Source of the DNA: Macrostomum lignano | Taxonomy: Eukaryota | Direction: 5' to 3' | DNA length: 64,000 nt | NCBI GenBank assembly: GCA_002269645.1 | Contig: NIVC01000150.1 | Span: 186,001-250,000, forward strand | Translations under genes and position numbers: made by a program | In this document: one piece after another, positions 45,251 to 57,590 of the stretch | How positions within the stretch are numbered: the first letter of the stretch is position 1 | How the letters are laid out: every line of letters begins with the position of its first letter | The notes under the pieces: generated by a model | Databases searched by the model: none | What the model saw: only the letters and a program-made list of their open reading frames with translations | What the model was told of the DNA's origin: nothing

Positions 45251-47902
45251 GTTGGTGATTTCAGTGCTGGGGTACTGGTGCTATAATCATGTTTAGCTGA
45301 CAGAACAGTTGCCTTTGTGCATGCTTGCATGGGCTGTTTTTTGTGCCGGCATGTGGGGGGTGGGGGTGCGCGGGATGCTGGGGCAGTTGGCCTTTTGGCA
45401 GTTGGCCTTTTATGTGTGTGTGCAATGGTCTCATCAATGCATTTGCCCTTGCATTGCTGCCAATATGAAAGCCAAGTGCCACCTGGCCTACTATGAGCTG
45501 CATGACATGCTCAAGAGGCTTAGGTTCACTATTAATGAGAAGAAGAGTGTGATGCCAATGACCAAGCTGAGGTTCCTCGGGACCAATATTGACACTATGC
45601 AGGTGAGCCTGTCTTTCCCTCCTGACAAAGCTGAAAAACTCCAGCTTCTGCTCAATATTAGCATCTTCAAGAAGACTATCAGCAAGTCTGAGCTGTAAAA
45701 GCTGCTGGAGCACCTCAGCTACATGTGCACAATAGCACAGCATGGCTGGACATTCTTGTGCCCACTAATCGAGTTTGCCAACAGCTTGTCACACCTCTCT
45801 GATCTGCTCCCAGTTGCCAAGGATCTCCAATCGCAGCTGAGATGGTGGAAAACTGCCCTGAGCATGCTGCCGGCTAAGGCTGCCTGCCTCTCCTATTGGC
45901 TGGCGGCTGCTATCAAATCTGACACCTGTGAAGCAGGCAAAGGCACTGTGCTGCACTTTGGTGACAGAGGCTTGACTTGGCTCTACATTGACTGGCAGAT
46001 CGATTGCAACAGCGCTTTCAATGAGCTCTATATCAACCTTAAAGAGTGCGCCGCTCCCTTTGTGGCGCTCTTGCAGCACCAAGAAGCCCTTAAGGGCCAC
46101 TCAATTGCGGTCTACACTGACAACACTGCCACCTGCAGCATCATCAATTCCAGCTCTGCTAAGCATGGCAGCGTTGCTGATCTGCAACAGCATGTTGCCC
46201 TGACCTGCATCAAGCACGACATCATTGTCCATGTGCATCACATGCCTGGCTGCTTCCAGCTGCTAGCTGACTTGCTGTCTAGATCCCACGATGCCATCTA
46301 GCTTGCCAATTTTCTCCTGCACTTCTATGGCACCTGCTATATACTGACCAGCTTGCTTGCCTTTGCTTGCTTGAGTCCTACCACTGCCTCCAACCTCCTT
46401 TTTCAGGTCCACCTCCTATGGCCCCAGTTCCCAGCCTCACTGCGACTGCCCATCAACTGCTTGGCCAAGGCTTCGCCAGCTCGACTCGCTCTGCCTATGC
46501 TAGCCAATACGCATCCTGGCATTGATTCTGCGCTGCCTATGACATTTGACTGCTTGCAGCTCAGCCTGCCAATGTGTGCAACTACCTAGCTGAGCTGGCC
46601 AGCACCTGGCTGCACTCTGTCAGCAGCCTGGCATGCCATATCGCCACTGTGTCCTGGTTGTACAAGGCAAATAGTCTGCCCAACCCAACCAGGCAACCAC
46701 TGGTCCAGCTTGCCATGCCTGGAGCCTGCCGACTCCTGGGGGCCACCCTAAAGGCCAAACAAGCTCTGCTTCTGGCTGACCTATGTCAACTGTACAGTGT
46801 GCTATGGCTAAGCAAGCCCCACAACTGCACATTCTAGTGTGCCTGCATTGTTGGCTAGTGGGCCATGTTGCGGAAGGCCAACCTATGAGTCTCTGGCTGG
46901 TTCGATCTGCGGCAAGACCTCTATACAAGCTGCATGCGACCATCCCATGGCGGTCCCACCCTCATCATCCTGGGGTTGAAAACAAACCAGTTAAGATTGT
47001 GCCAACACCGCAACTTTTTGCTGCAGCTTCCAGTCGGCAACCCGCTCTGCCCAGTTATGGCACTCCAGAAGCAGCTGTTGCTCAACTGACCACAAGCCGC
47101 CCAGCATCATCTCTTCAGCATCTGATCAGGACAAGGAGCTAGACTGCTCATGCTGCGGGTCTTTGCTAAAGCCTTATGGGCTGCCCTGCATTGAGCCGGC
47201 TTTGCCAACCCATCTAGCTTTTCTGGGCACTCATTGCATCAAGGGGGCACAATGTCTGCCACCAACGCTGGTATCCCTATCAACTTGGTCATGAGAGTTG
47301 GTGACTGGGCCAGCAGCATAGTGGAGCAGTACCTGCCGCCAGCTATTGCTGAGCACCATGCGCCACTTTGCATTGTGGCAATGCTCTCATTCCCTGGCTC
47401 CATCCTTAACTCTTGACTCCTACATTAGGGTTTTGGGCTTGATTTGCCTGCCCTTTGTTGTCCTTGTCATCCTTGCACCTTTCGCCTTTGTCCTGTTGGC
47501 TAAGTTGGCGATTTTAGTGCTGGGATACTGGCGCTGTAATCAAATTTAGCTGACAAGATGGTTGCCTTTGTGAGTGCTTGCCTAGGCTGTTCTTTGTGCC
47601 AGCATGTGGGAAGTGGAGGTGCACGAGGTGCTGGGACAGTTGGCCTTTTGGCAGTTACCAGTAGTTTTTCATGTACGTGCACAATGGTCTGATCAGTGCA
47701 TTTGCCCTTGCAATTATTTTTTCTGCTTTTCCTTGCTTTTTTTATCCTATGATTTTGGTTTTCCTCCTGTTTTACTTAGCAATTTTGTTTTTTAAAGCTT
47801 CAATACTATCGAAATATACTTGTAATTGCTAGCAGGCTCACTTTGCTTGCCTTTTGTCATCCTTGCCATCCTCATGCCTTTTGCCTTTGTCCTGTTGGCT
47901 AA
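45251..47902 (+). mobile_element. Degenerate Ngaro-type tyrosine-recombinase retrotransposon with split direct repeats, internally deleted
   Basis: A1 45251-45453, B1 ~47443-47503, A2 47504-47712, B2 ~47842-47902. Fragments: RT C-terminal part (INEKKS..RFLGTNIDT), RNase H (SDTCEAG, INLKE, VYTDNT, HMPG..LADLLSR), YR (HQGG..GIPINLVMRVGDWAS..QYL). Confidence 0.8.
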
Positions 47903-48619
47903 AAGATGTTACAGTTGCAATTAGTAGAAAAAAGTTTGGAGGCTGATTTTCAAATGTTTATTCTGACTCTTTAGAAGTATATAAAGAGATAACTTTTGTC
48001 CAATAGTTGTGTTACAATAAGAAGAATAGGGGGGAGGCTACTTCAGCCGACTTTTAGTTTGTATGGATCATTTTCATTGCCCTACTAGTATTGTGTTATA
48101 CTAGCAGCTATACTTTATAGTAGTGTAATACTTTTGTACTGTTGACTCACTTAGAATCAATGGTAATCTTCTTGCAGCCTTGGAAATACTAGTTAACAAT
48201 TAAGAAAATAGATACCAAGTCAACAAATGGTTGCAATTTGAAAGATAAACCAGTGTACAAGACTAAATAACTTAGTTAATGCCTTTGCATTGCAATTAGA
48301 AAATTATAATTAGCCTCAAAAGAGTTAATAGTCAAAAAACACTTAACGTGTATCACTTATGTTATTCATTCTACATGAATATTGAAATGAAAAAATTGGC
48401 TTTTGTTTCAAAAAAATTTCTACAAATTGCAAGTGTAGCATCTTAATATAATAGGCCTACTAGTGATCTTTGTTAGAAAACTTGCAAGGAATTGATAAAC
48501 AAGAATGTTTATTGTTTTGAATGTTTGAATAGTTTTAACATTAGTTGTGTCTTGCATTAAACCTGGCATAAACTAATATACAATCCAAACTATAGGTTTT
48601 ATACTTTTGCTGTTAGTTT

Positions 48620-48802
48620 AAAAAAGAGATTCATTGCAAACATCTTTGTCCATGACAACTTTACTTGAAAAAAAGTAATTTATAAAACTAAAGAAGGAAC
48701 TGGTTCTTTAAAAAACTATGCTTTTTTAATGGTTTTGCATGAGTAATTTGTTGTTCCTTGCTTATTGGACACCCAAAAGAGGGGCACTAGGTTGCTAGTC
48801 TA
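48620..48802 (+). repeat. Dispersed repeat; second copy at 41311-41530
   Basis: GATTCATWGCAAACATCTTTGTCCRTGACAA..GYTAGTC is colinear between the two loci. Confidence 0.8.
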
Positions 48803-49859
48803 GTACTAAAACTACTAAAGTCACAAAGTGCTAGAACTTTGCCCAACACTAATAAATGTAAATATTAAGTTAAGATAATATTTGGCATCTATATAGGCCT
48901 AGGCCTAGGCCTATGTAAAATTGAAATATATCAATGCATTTTTTAATATAGGCCTATTTATTGATGACAAAAGAGATTATTTCAATTCATTTAGATAGAA
49001 CTTTTTGCTAGGGCCTATTGTTATCAAATTAGAAATTAGAAATTAGTTTATTTTTAGGGACTCTCTATAATTAATTTTTTAAAGTTATTCCTTTAGCACT
49101 TTTTAATTGATAAATCTTAAATCTCATATGCCTAAATGAAAACAGATTAATTTTAAAAATTTATCAAGTGATAAAAGTTATAAAACTTCTTCTTTCAATT
49201 TTACATTTCTTGAAAAGCTGTTAAAAATTGAAAATTTCATTTTATTGGCTTTACATTGTATGACTTTAAGTCAAGCCTAGCCCTAGAACTTAGGCCCCCT
49301 ACCATTTTTTTCATTTTAAAAAATATAAATACCAGGGTAAAAGCCTCTACTCTAAGTCTAATTTTTTATCTTTCCTTCTATTGCATAATTATATTACTAT
49401 TTGTCAATAATAAAAGTAGATAAAACGTGATGTCACTAAGATGGTTGCTGCAGAGATGGTCTACCAATTGCCAAAATTGACTTTTGTCCTAATTTTTAAT
49501 AGAATAATAGATCTTATATTATATAGCACATTGAAATCGCGTCCTTTTTTACTATTTCTAGGAAAGTGCATGCATTGTCGAAGTTAAAAACTAAAAAAAC
49601 GACAGCTAGTAAAGTAAAAGATAGTAGGCGTGTAAAACGGGCGGCTTTAATTGCTTTTAATGTTTGAGCGATCCGCCTCGCTGTCTTGCACCTTCTATCG
49701 TTCCGACCTATTTTCTCACATCGCTGTACTTCTCCTTGCCCTTTGTATTTCATGCGCTGTATGCATTTTTTGTCTTGACTCAACACAAAAAAATCCACGG
49801 AGTGCGCGCGTACAGACCAAGGACCACTAGGAACACTTCGTTACAGTCCAGCAGTCCCC

Positions 49860-52800
49860 GTGCACACCACGGGGTTTTTTATACGTCGCTCACCTCAGCG
49901 AGAGAGGCCGTGTCACTGCTGCTCTAAAATTGCATTGCATGCATTTTGCATGCCCGGAATGAATCAGCCATTATCGAGGCGACAAAAGAGGAGAATAATC
50001 CTGACAATGCAAGAGGACACCAGCGCTTCAAACGGCCAAATTTTCAAGCAAGAGTTGACCAGCTAGAGACAGCTGCTAGCGGAGGTTCATCAACGGAGCA
50101 GATCAACACCAACAGGGCGGGGGTCAATGCAGCGGCTAGACCTGGTGACGAGGAGATTCGGTCTGCGGCAGGAGCGCATCCGCCTGTTTCAGCTGAGGCA
50201 GCTGAGAAAGCTGCGCTACCTGAACGTTCTGAGCCCAAAGTCCCGCCCGCCGCAACCTATAGTAGCTGTATAGCCAGCTGGGAATGCATGACCCGGATGA
50301 GTGGCGATCGATTCTTAACACTTCGCTGTCGCAAGGCGCAGGGGAAAGTGCAAAGGTACGGGACCCCCAGCCATCTAAACCGCTGTTAGTCACCGACTTT
50401 CTCAGCAAAGAAGGCTCGAGTGAGAACAGGGTGGTGCACAGACGCTCGGGTTGATTTGGTGTTCAAAGGTAGCAAGGCATGCAGTTACTACAATATGTAT
50501 CCCTGAAAACGTCAGTCTGGCGCAATGGATTGTCAGTAACGCAACGATGGTGGACAACATGCTAAGCAGTGGACAGCTGTTGCGAACTGGTGCAGATGGA
50601 CAGCCTGACGTGTCGGAACTGCCGTGGGCCACCGAGTCCTTCCAGCTGCTCTCCAGGCATCTGCTAGCTCCAGACAGCGTCAGCGACACTCGATCGCTCC
50701 CAAAAGCCTAAGGCTTCGCAATATCTAGCAAACAGACCCATCTGCAACAATATCAACGTCAACAAACGCTTCCGCAGAGCCAGCCATTTCCAACATACTG
50801 TATCTGCCGAATCTTCAAGGGCAACCATCCGGCCTGTGCGCACGAGTCGGGTGCAGAAGCTACAATACAAAAAACTGAGAACAGAGGCCAGCCAACGATC
50901 TCCTCGCAAGGAGACCGTCGCCGAGCTGGCTCAGCTTCCAATTTTTAGTCTTTTAAATCCTCAAGCCATGTCCGAAGTCGCACTTTCCTGCTCCAGGCTG
51001 CACAACGAGTTATCTGTTTAGATGGAAAAGTTGCAGTCGGATCCCGACGCCGAGTTCTTCTTTAATGACATCAGGAGAGGTTTCTAAATCACCAACCAGA
51101 GCAACATTCTCGCATCAAGCGAAGAAAACCACAGATCTGCCACTTGTCCTGAGAACTGTGAGCAAGTTGAGAAGCTGATCCTGGAGGAGCTGAAGAACAG
51201 CAGATACATGCTAGTGAAGGATAATCAGCCCCCTGGGAGAGGTGGCCAAGTCCTCTGGTGGCCTCCGGCTGATCCACACGACGCCAGTCTGCTTCGGGCT
51301 GGAGCATCAATGAGTACTTTAAGCAGGACAAGAAGCTTCTCTTTTCGACTGTCAACGCGTTTACCAAGAAGCTGAAGCCGGGCTGGTTTATGGCTAAAAT
51401 CAATCTGGCCAAAGCTTACCGCTCCTGCCCCGTCAGCTCTACAGCCTACTCCATCACAGGCCTCCGGTTGACCTTCAGTGGCGAGAGTGATCCCAGGTAC
51501 CTCGTCGACACCTGCCTCGACTTAGGGTTTGCTGCTAGCGTCAACATCGTCAACCGGTTGTCGGAAGTCGTCAAGCGTACGATGGTTCGGCGAGGATACC
51601 ACGTCATCTGCAACTACCTCGATGACTTTCCCGTTGCCGCGAGCACGCTGGAAGCCTGCCAGGAAGCTTATCGCACTCTTATGAGTCTGCTACGCCGCCT
51701 GGTTTTTTCCATCAACTGGGAGAAGCTTTATCCACCCAGCAAGTCCATGGTCTTTCTCGGCATCCACATCAATACGGCTGCAGGCCTTCTGACTCTCCCG
51801 CAGGAAAAACTCGAATCTTTGCAGAGGACGCCGCAGCGTTTCTGCGAGGTCGCGCGCACTGGTAGATTGTTACTTCAGGGCATCATCAACCGGACCAACA
51901 GCCTGGACTCGCCTCACCACAAGATGCGCATCGAAGGTCAACTTGGTGAGCAGCTGCATTTCTGGCGATCAGCGACGAACTGGACGCATTGACTGTGGCC
52001 GGCCTTCGCGAACCGGCTGGTGGTTGCGACGCTTGCCTAACAGGTGGCGCCGCTGTCATTTCTGACGGAACCAAGACCGACTGGATGCATGCCAACTGGT
52101 TGGCTGACTTTTGTCGTGCCTTGCACGGACTACACATCAGCTGCACTAATATACCTGGAGTGTTTGATGACTATGCTTTTTATTATACTTTTCAAGGAGC
52201 ACCTAGCTAAATGCCACGTCGTTTTTGCACCGACAACTCGTCTGTTGCTGGGATGCTGCGCAAGGGCTATGCCAAGCCCCCGGTGGTTCGAGAGCTGATG
52301 TGCACAGCTATTTTACTCGCACTGAAGCACCTTCGATGCGTTTCATGTCCCACCTGGCCTGTTTCAAATTTTTAGTGACCCAGCTTCTCGCCTGAGCCAT
52401 TTAGCATGGACTATAATTAACATTTTATTTCGTTACTATGGCACTATCTATACTGACCCATCTGTTATCGCATCGCACGCCCTGCCTGCTGCTTCCTGTC
52501 AATCTCAACTACTCTCAGCTGCTCAACTAAGCTCTGGCACCGAATACGAGACGAGCCCTCAGATCCCAGCTGTTGGGATCTTCTGCAGCGAGATCAGCGT
52601 GCACCCTCTAGAGGCCGACAGACGACGATGTCACTCTACGTCTCCCACCTACACCTCAAGCAACTGGCTGCATTCGCCAGCTTCTCCGCCTACCTGCAGG
52701 CGGTGTCGTGGCTCTACAATCTGGCTGGGAGGACTGGATTGACTCACACCATGCTGCTGAAGCTCAGGTCACACATCGACACAACATTCTGCCGCTGCGC

Positions 52801-53029
52801 GGCCTTCTGGTGCTGTCTGCTGGTCGGTTTCTGGGGCTTGCTGGATGGCAGACATCTGTGCCTCCCTTCTGTGTCAGCCGCCCAGAGCCCGCAGTTGTCA
52901 TCCGGAGCGGTGCGGCTGAATCCAGTTCAGTTTGAGACCATCCAGTTCGCTGAGCGTCAGCACAAGGTCTGGCTGCCGCGATTTCCCACTGCGAATGGGT
53001 CTTCACATCCGCTTTTGCCCGTCTGAATA
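49860..53029 (+). pseudogene. Second DIRS/Ngaro retrotransposon (gag-like, RT, RNase H, truncated YR), frameshifted; 5' boundary approximate
   Basis: 51390-51992 KINLAKAYR..ICNYLDDF..INWEK..MVFLGIHINT (DIRS-type RT); RNase H remnant 51989-52400; YR N-terminal part 52628-53026 (YLQAVSWLY..AFWCCLLVGFWGLL). Confidence 0.8.
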
Positions 53030-55032
53030 TATCGCGCTCTGTTGGAGACCCGCGTGAAGCGTCAATTCGCGGGCGCCTTCATCGGCGCGCTTGGAGACCA
53101 GCGCGAGGCGGAGTATTCCGACATCAGCACCGCCGTTAGAGCCGCTGGAGAGCAGACGAACCCGCTGGTGCGGCCAGCGCAGAAATTGCTGCCTGTCTGG
53201 CAGAGCAACCCGACCATCCAGGCAAGCGCGGCTCAACATCGAGCGACTCCACAGAAACCGGCGGCCCACAGGCGACGCTGAAGACGCGTTTGAGCGCCTT
53301 CTAGACGAGCGGCAACAGGCCGCTGTCGACGACGCCGTCCGGTCCATCACTGCAGCCGGCCCCGACGTGAAGAGCCGGGCAGTGTGGACGGCCGTGGCGC
53401 TGAATCTGGCTGGCGACACCCCGGCGACACCTCGGAGGAGCGCAGGAATGAACTGCGCGACTTCTTCGCAGGCACTGTAAACGCGCCCGCATCGCCGCAG
53501 CCTGCCAGCTTTGCGCTCCCATTGGACACGCCGCTCCCAGCTGAGGAGGAATTCTGCACCAGACCAGTCATCACGGAGGACGATGTGCTGTTCGCTCGGA
53601 AAATATCAGGCGGCAAGGCGCTCGGTCCAGACGAGGTCCCGGTCGAAGCGCTGCGGCTCCGCTGTGTGGCCTCCCAGGTCACAGGCGTCATGAACCGCGT
53701 GCTCGCCGGTGCTCCTGCGCCCACCGAGTGGACCGTCGCGCATATCGCGCCGATCCCGAAGAAGGCAGGGACAACGCGGAAAGAAGACCACCGCAGGATC
53801 TCGCTGATGTCCTGCACCGCGAAGCTCTTCAACCGGCTGCTGCTCGATCGTCTGTAGTCGGTGCTGGACCCGTACCTGCGGTACTAGCAGAACAGATTCC
53901 GGCCGCAATGCGGTACAGTGACACAGATCCTCGCACTCCGCCGTGTCATCGAGGAGGCGCACATCCGCGCCAGTCTACGCTGATCATTGTCTTCGTTGAC
54001 TTTCGAAAGGCTTTTGACTCGGTGTTGAGAGCCGCGCTTCCCTTTGTTCTTTGAGCCTACCGTGTACCCCAGCAGCTAATCGACGCTGTCATGGCGCTGT
54101 ATCGCGACACTCGAGCTGCTGTGGTGACAACGGACGGCCTGTCTGGCGTGTTCGACACTTCGTCAGGAGTTCTGCTGGGCGACACGCTGGCGCCGTTTTA
54201 CTTTGTGCTGCTGCTGTACTGCGTGCTTCGGACCGCTCTCCCCTCGGCTGACGACGGCTTCCTGCTGTGCAAGATGCATCGGTCGCCGCCATGGCGAAAA
54301 GCGCCTGAGTGTGCTTGGCTACGCCGACGACCTCGCCCTCCTGTCCTCGCCCGTTGAAGGCGCCCAGCGCGAGATCGACAGGTTGGTCGAGGTAATATCG
54401 AGCGTCGGACTGGTTGTCAACACGCTGAAGACTGAGGTTCTGACTGTGCCGGCCGACATCCCAGCAGACCTGACATGCCGCGGCGCAGACGGGCAGACAA
54501 CCAAGCTCGCACGCTGCCAGCGGTTCACTTACCTCGGCGGTCTGGTTCCTGACGTGCAGAAAGACCTTCGGCGGCGCAGAGGACTTGCCTGGCCGCTTTC
54601 CGTTCGATCCGGGCCGTCGTCCAGTCCGAAGCGCTGCCCGACCGCCAGAGGGCTCGGCTGTGGCAAGCGGTAGTCGAAACCGTCCTGCTATACAACGCCG
54701 AGACGTGGATGCTGACGGCTACGCTAGAGCGACAGCTGGACTCGGCGCACTTAGGGCTGCTCCGTGAGGCCTTTCGAGCTGATGAGAGCGTCAGGACCGA
54801 GGCCCTGTACGATCGGGCCAAGCTGCAGCGCCCGTCCATCATCCTGCGCTGGCGGCGACTTTAACTGGGCCCCGTGATCCGGGCCGAAGGCTACTACCCC
54901 CAACCTGTTCAGGACGTCCTGCTGCTCACCCTGCAGGGCCCGTTCAGGCGGGCTCAGGCCCGAACCATCTGACGCACCCCTGCTCTGTGACTTTGTTTGC
55001 GGGGCTGCGTATTTTGTTGTTGTTGTTGTTTA
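53030..55032 (+). mobile_element. 5'-truncated, stop-riddled RTE-like non-LTR retrotransposon
   Basis: GKALGPDEVP, IAPIPKK..RRISLMSCTAKLFNRLL, VFVDFRKAFDSV, GVLLGDTLAPF, LGYADDLAL, FTYLG; ends in a (GTT)n tail at ~55016-55030. Confidence 0.85.
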
Positions 55033-55142
55033 TTCTTTTGAAAGGCACAGCATATCAAAAGATGAACATTGGTTCTGCCTACTATCGAAAGCATTGACAA
55101 CTTTTGTGCTGAAAAATGAAAACTTCCTATCTGTGTAGTGTA

Positions 55143-55504
55143 GGGGGCCGTAGCCCAGCGGTAGCGCAGCTGCTCTGGTGTGCCAGCGACCCAGGCTCGA
55201 TTCCAAGTGCAGTCACATTAATTTGGGGCGGAATTGGAATCTCGGCTTGGCTCTGCTCGTGCAATTAACGGCCTTGAGAGCCAACCCCCCAAGGCGCAGT
55301 GAAGTATACATGCCTAACGATAAAATAAAGTTAGGGCCGCTGTGCACTCCTGTGTGAGTGTGTGCCTGCGTACGTATCCACGCGCTTGTATGCCTGCTCA
55401 GGGGAGTCGGCGGAATGGGCAGCAATGCCTCTCGCCGGTTGTGTGCCTATGTCGCTTAAAGTGCGCCAGGGTGCACACAACCCCCCTGCCTCTAATAAAA
55501 AAAT
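55143..55504 (+). mobile_element. tRNA-derived SINE family 2, copy 1
   Basis: GGGGCCGTAGCCCAGCGG (A box), GGCTCGATTCC (B box), A-rich tail; colinear with 59613-59955. Confidence 0.8.
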
Positions 55505-56178
55505 ATGTGTAGTGTATTTTTCGGCGAAAATCAGCCTCACAAACATTTTCCTAGAAACTTAGTTTCCCTTCCTTCTAATGAGTATTGTAGTCCTTGGCAT
55601 AAACACATGCAAGTACATGTATGATTACATGCAGTTAGAGTTTGTACCAGACAATGCAAGGTAATGTTCACTCACTTGGACTCAACTTTACTAGCTGGAG
55701 CCATGGTCATCTTTGCTGCTCTCTGATGTACATGTACTTGCAAATTCGTTTATTGAGCATCTAATTGTCCCCTAACTATCAGATTTTTTATCAACGGGCG
55801 CCTTTATAAAAGACGGTTGGTGTCGACATCTGATCTCGATACATGTAAATAATTTATACAGTTATCAACGACCAAATAGAACAGAAGTACAAGACAGATC
55901 TTATTCAAAATCACGTACGCGTGGATCGAACATTTGACCTTAAATGTTAGATTTTTTATTATTATAGTATCATTTTAAGAGTACGTACACTGTACACACA
56001 CACTGTCATAGTGTTCCTTCGTGACCTTTAAATCTTAAATTCATGCCCATAAATATGCATATACTGTATACTATAGCTATACATATTTATTGAGCAAATC
56101 GTAAAAAATCGATTATAGATGTGTCTATTCAGCGAAAACCTCAATTATTAGCAGAACAGTAGTATTTATAGCTAAATT

Positions 56179-57073
56179 CTATCGCAGATGCGTTGGAAAC
56201 TGACTGTCAAACTCGGGATGAAGCAACGGTCCCCGGATATAGATAGCCAGGTAGGTAAAGCAGTAGAGAGTCACCATGGCGAATGCGATGCCTGGCAGCA
56301 GGAATAGAATCCCCAGCGGCAGTTCTCGCTCCAGTAGTCTCTCTGGCAGCGTCCATGCAGAGGTGGGTGCGTGCATAGGCCTCTATAACAGTGGACTACC
56401 AAGGTGGAGATCCCCGCCCTGGCCATTTTTTCTGCACCGGAACGGAGCAACGCAGGCAACGAAATTCAAGTTGCCTGCTGACATCACTCGATAAAGAAAT
56501 CGAAAGCGTCTGGATGACGACTAAATTCTTGAGAGACTGGGTCAAATAGTCACCTGATGCCACTTATTGAAGGCCCAGAAGCTCCGCCTGGGTGAAGACC
56601 AGAATGCCAGCAGGCGAATGCAGGCACATGCGTTCGATGTGCTGATGAAATTTGGAGGCTTGGCAAAGCTGCACTAATGCACTATAGCGTTTATGGGAAA
56701 AACCCGACCTTCTGGCAGAATCGTTGAATATCTCGACAGTCCAGAGAGCCAGCGACCTGATTCTTACTTGAGAATTGTTGCGCAACAAAAGGTTGGCCCG
56801 TGTTCTTGAATTTCGTGTGCCTGGGTTGCTCTGCTATCCCCTCCCCGGTAGTTCCCCTCCCGGGAAGAAAATGGTATCCCTATACTGTTAGTAAACTTTC
56901 GCGTTCAGAACAGTATATAAAAATTACAACTTACGCATTTCTTTAATAATTTTGGCATCTTCGGTTTTGCACGAATTCGCCTCGGCGATGGCTGAGTCAA
57001 GTAAGGTGACGAACATTAACAGAGTGATTGTCAGAACCGGGCCTTTGGCTGGCAGACTCCATTCAGCGGCCAT
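56179..57073 (-). CDS. Candidate orphan gene with signal-peptide exon (secreted Cys-rich peptide or single-pass membrane protein)
   Basis: Exon 57073-56935 MAAEW..VLTITLLMFVTLLDSAIAEA ends at a strong donor C|GTAAGT; the downstream exon structure is ambiguous. Confidence 0.35.
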
Positions 57074-57487
57074 TTTCGGCCTGAAATCGCTGCAGATATT
57101 GAACAATTAAGAATTAACAACACAGGTTTCTCACAAAAGCTTTGATTTTTAGGGCATGCATTTTACCAATATCGAGTATATGGAATTTATACACGGTTTT
57201 ACCATAGACAGTCATTTCATAATCTTAAGTGCTATAAATAGCCGACTTTGTATCAGAGAGGGTCTAGTCTAGACAGTCATAACCATATGGTCACAACAAC
57301 GTCTGGCCGTTTAACTAACAGAATCCAAGTTGGTAATAGAAAATATAACGGTTTTTTCTTGTATGAAATAAACATAATTTTAAATGATATATGATTTTCT
57401 GTGCTTGTATTTTCTGCTCAAAATTGACACTGAGAATGGTTTTAGATCAGGGTTTGACAAGCTCCGGCCCTCGGGTCCGATCAGCGA

Positions 57488-57590
57488 GTTCACATGATAG
57501 CATCCGGCCCGCTCAAGGTCTCTTCTCAGCTTCCTTCTCTCTAATCTCTTCTCTCTCCTTTTTTCTCTTCCATCTCCTCTCCTCTTGACT
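57488..57590 (+). repeat. Dispersed repeat; second copy at ~4860-4941
   Basis: TTCACA..ATAGCA(A)TCCGGCCCGCTCAAGGTCT, then a CT tract ending CTCCTCTTGA, at both loci. Confidence 0.7.

Noticed and set aside
55143-55215. tRNA-like sequences (also at 3612, 16529, 18062, 59613)
   Set aside because: No convincing cloverleaf or acceptor stem; each continues into a shared SINE body.
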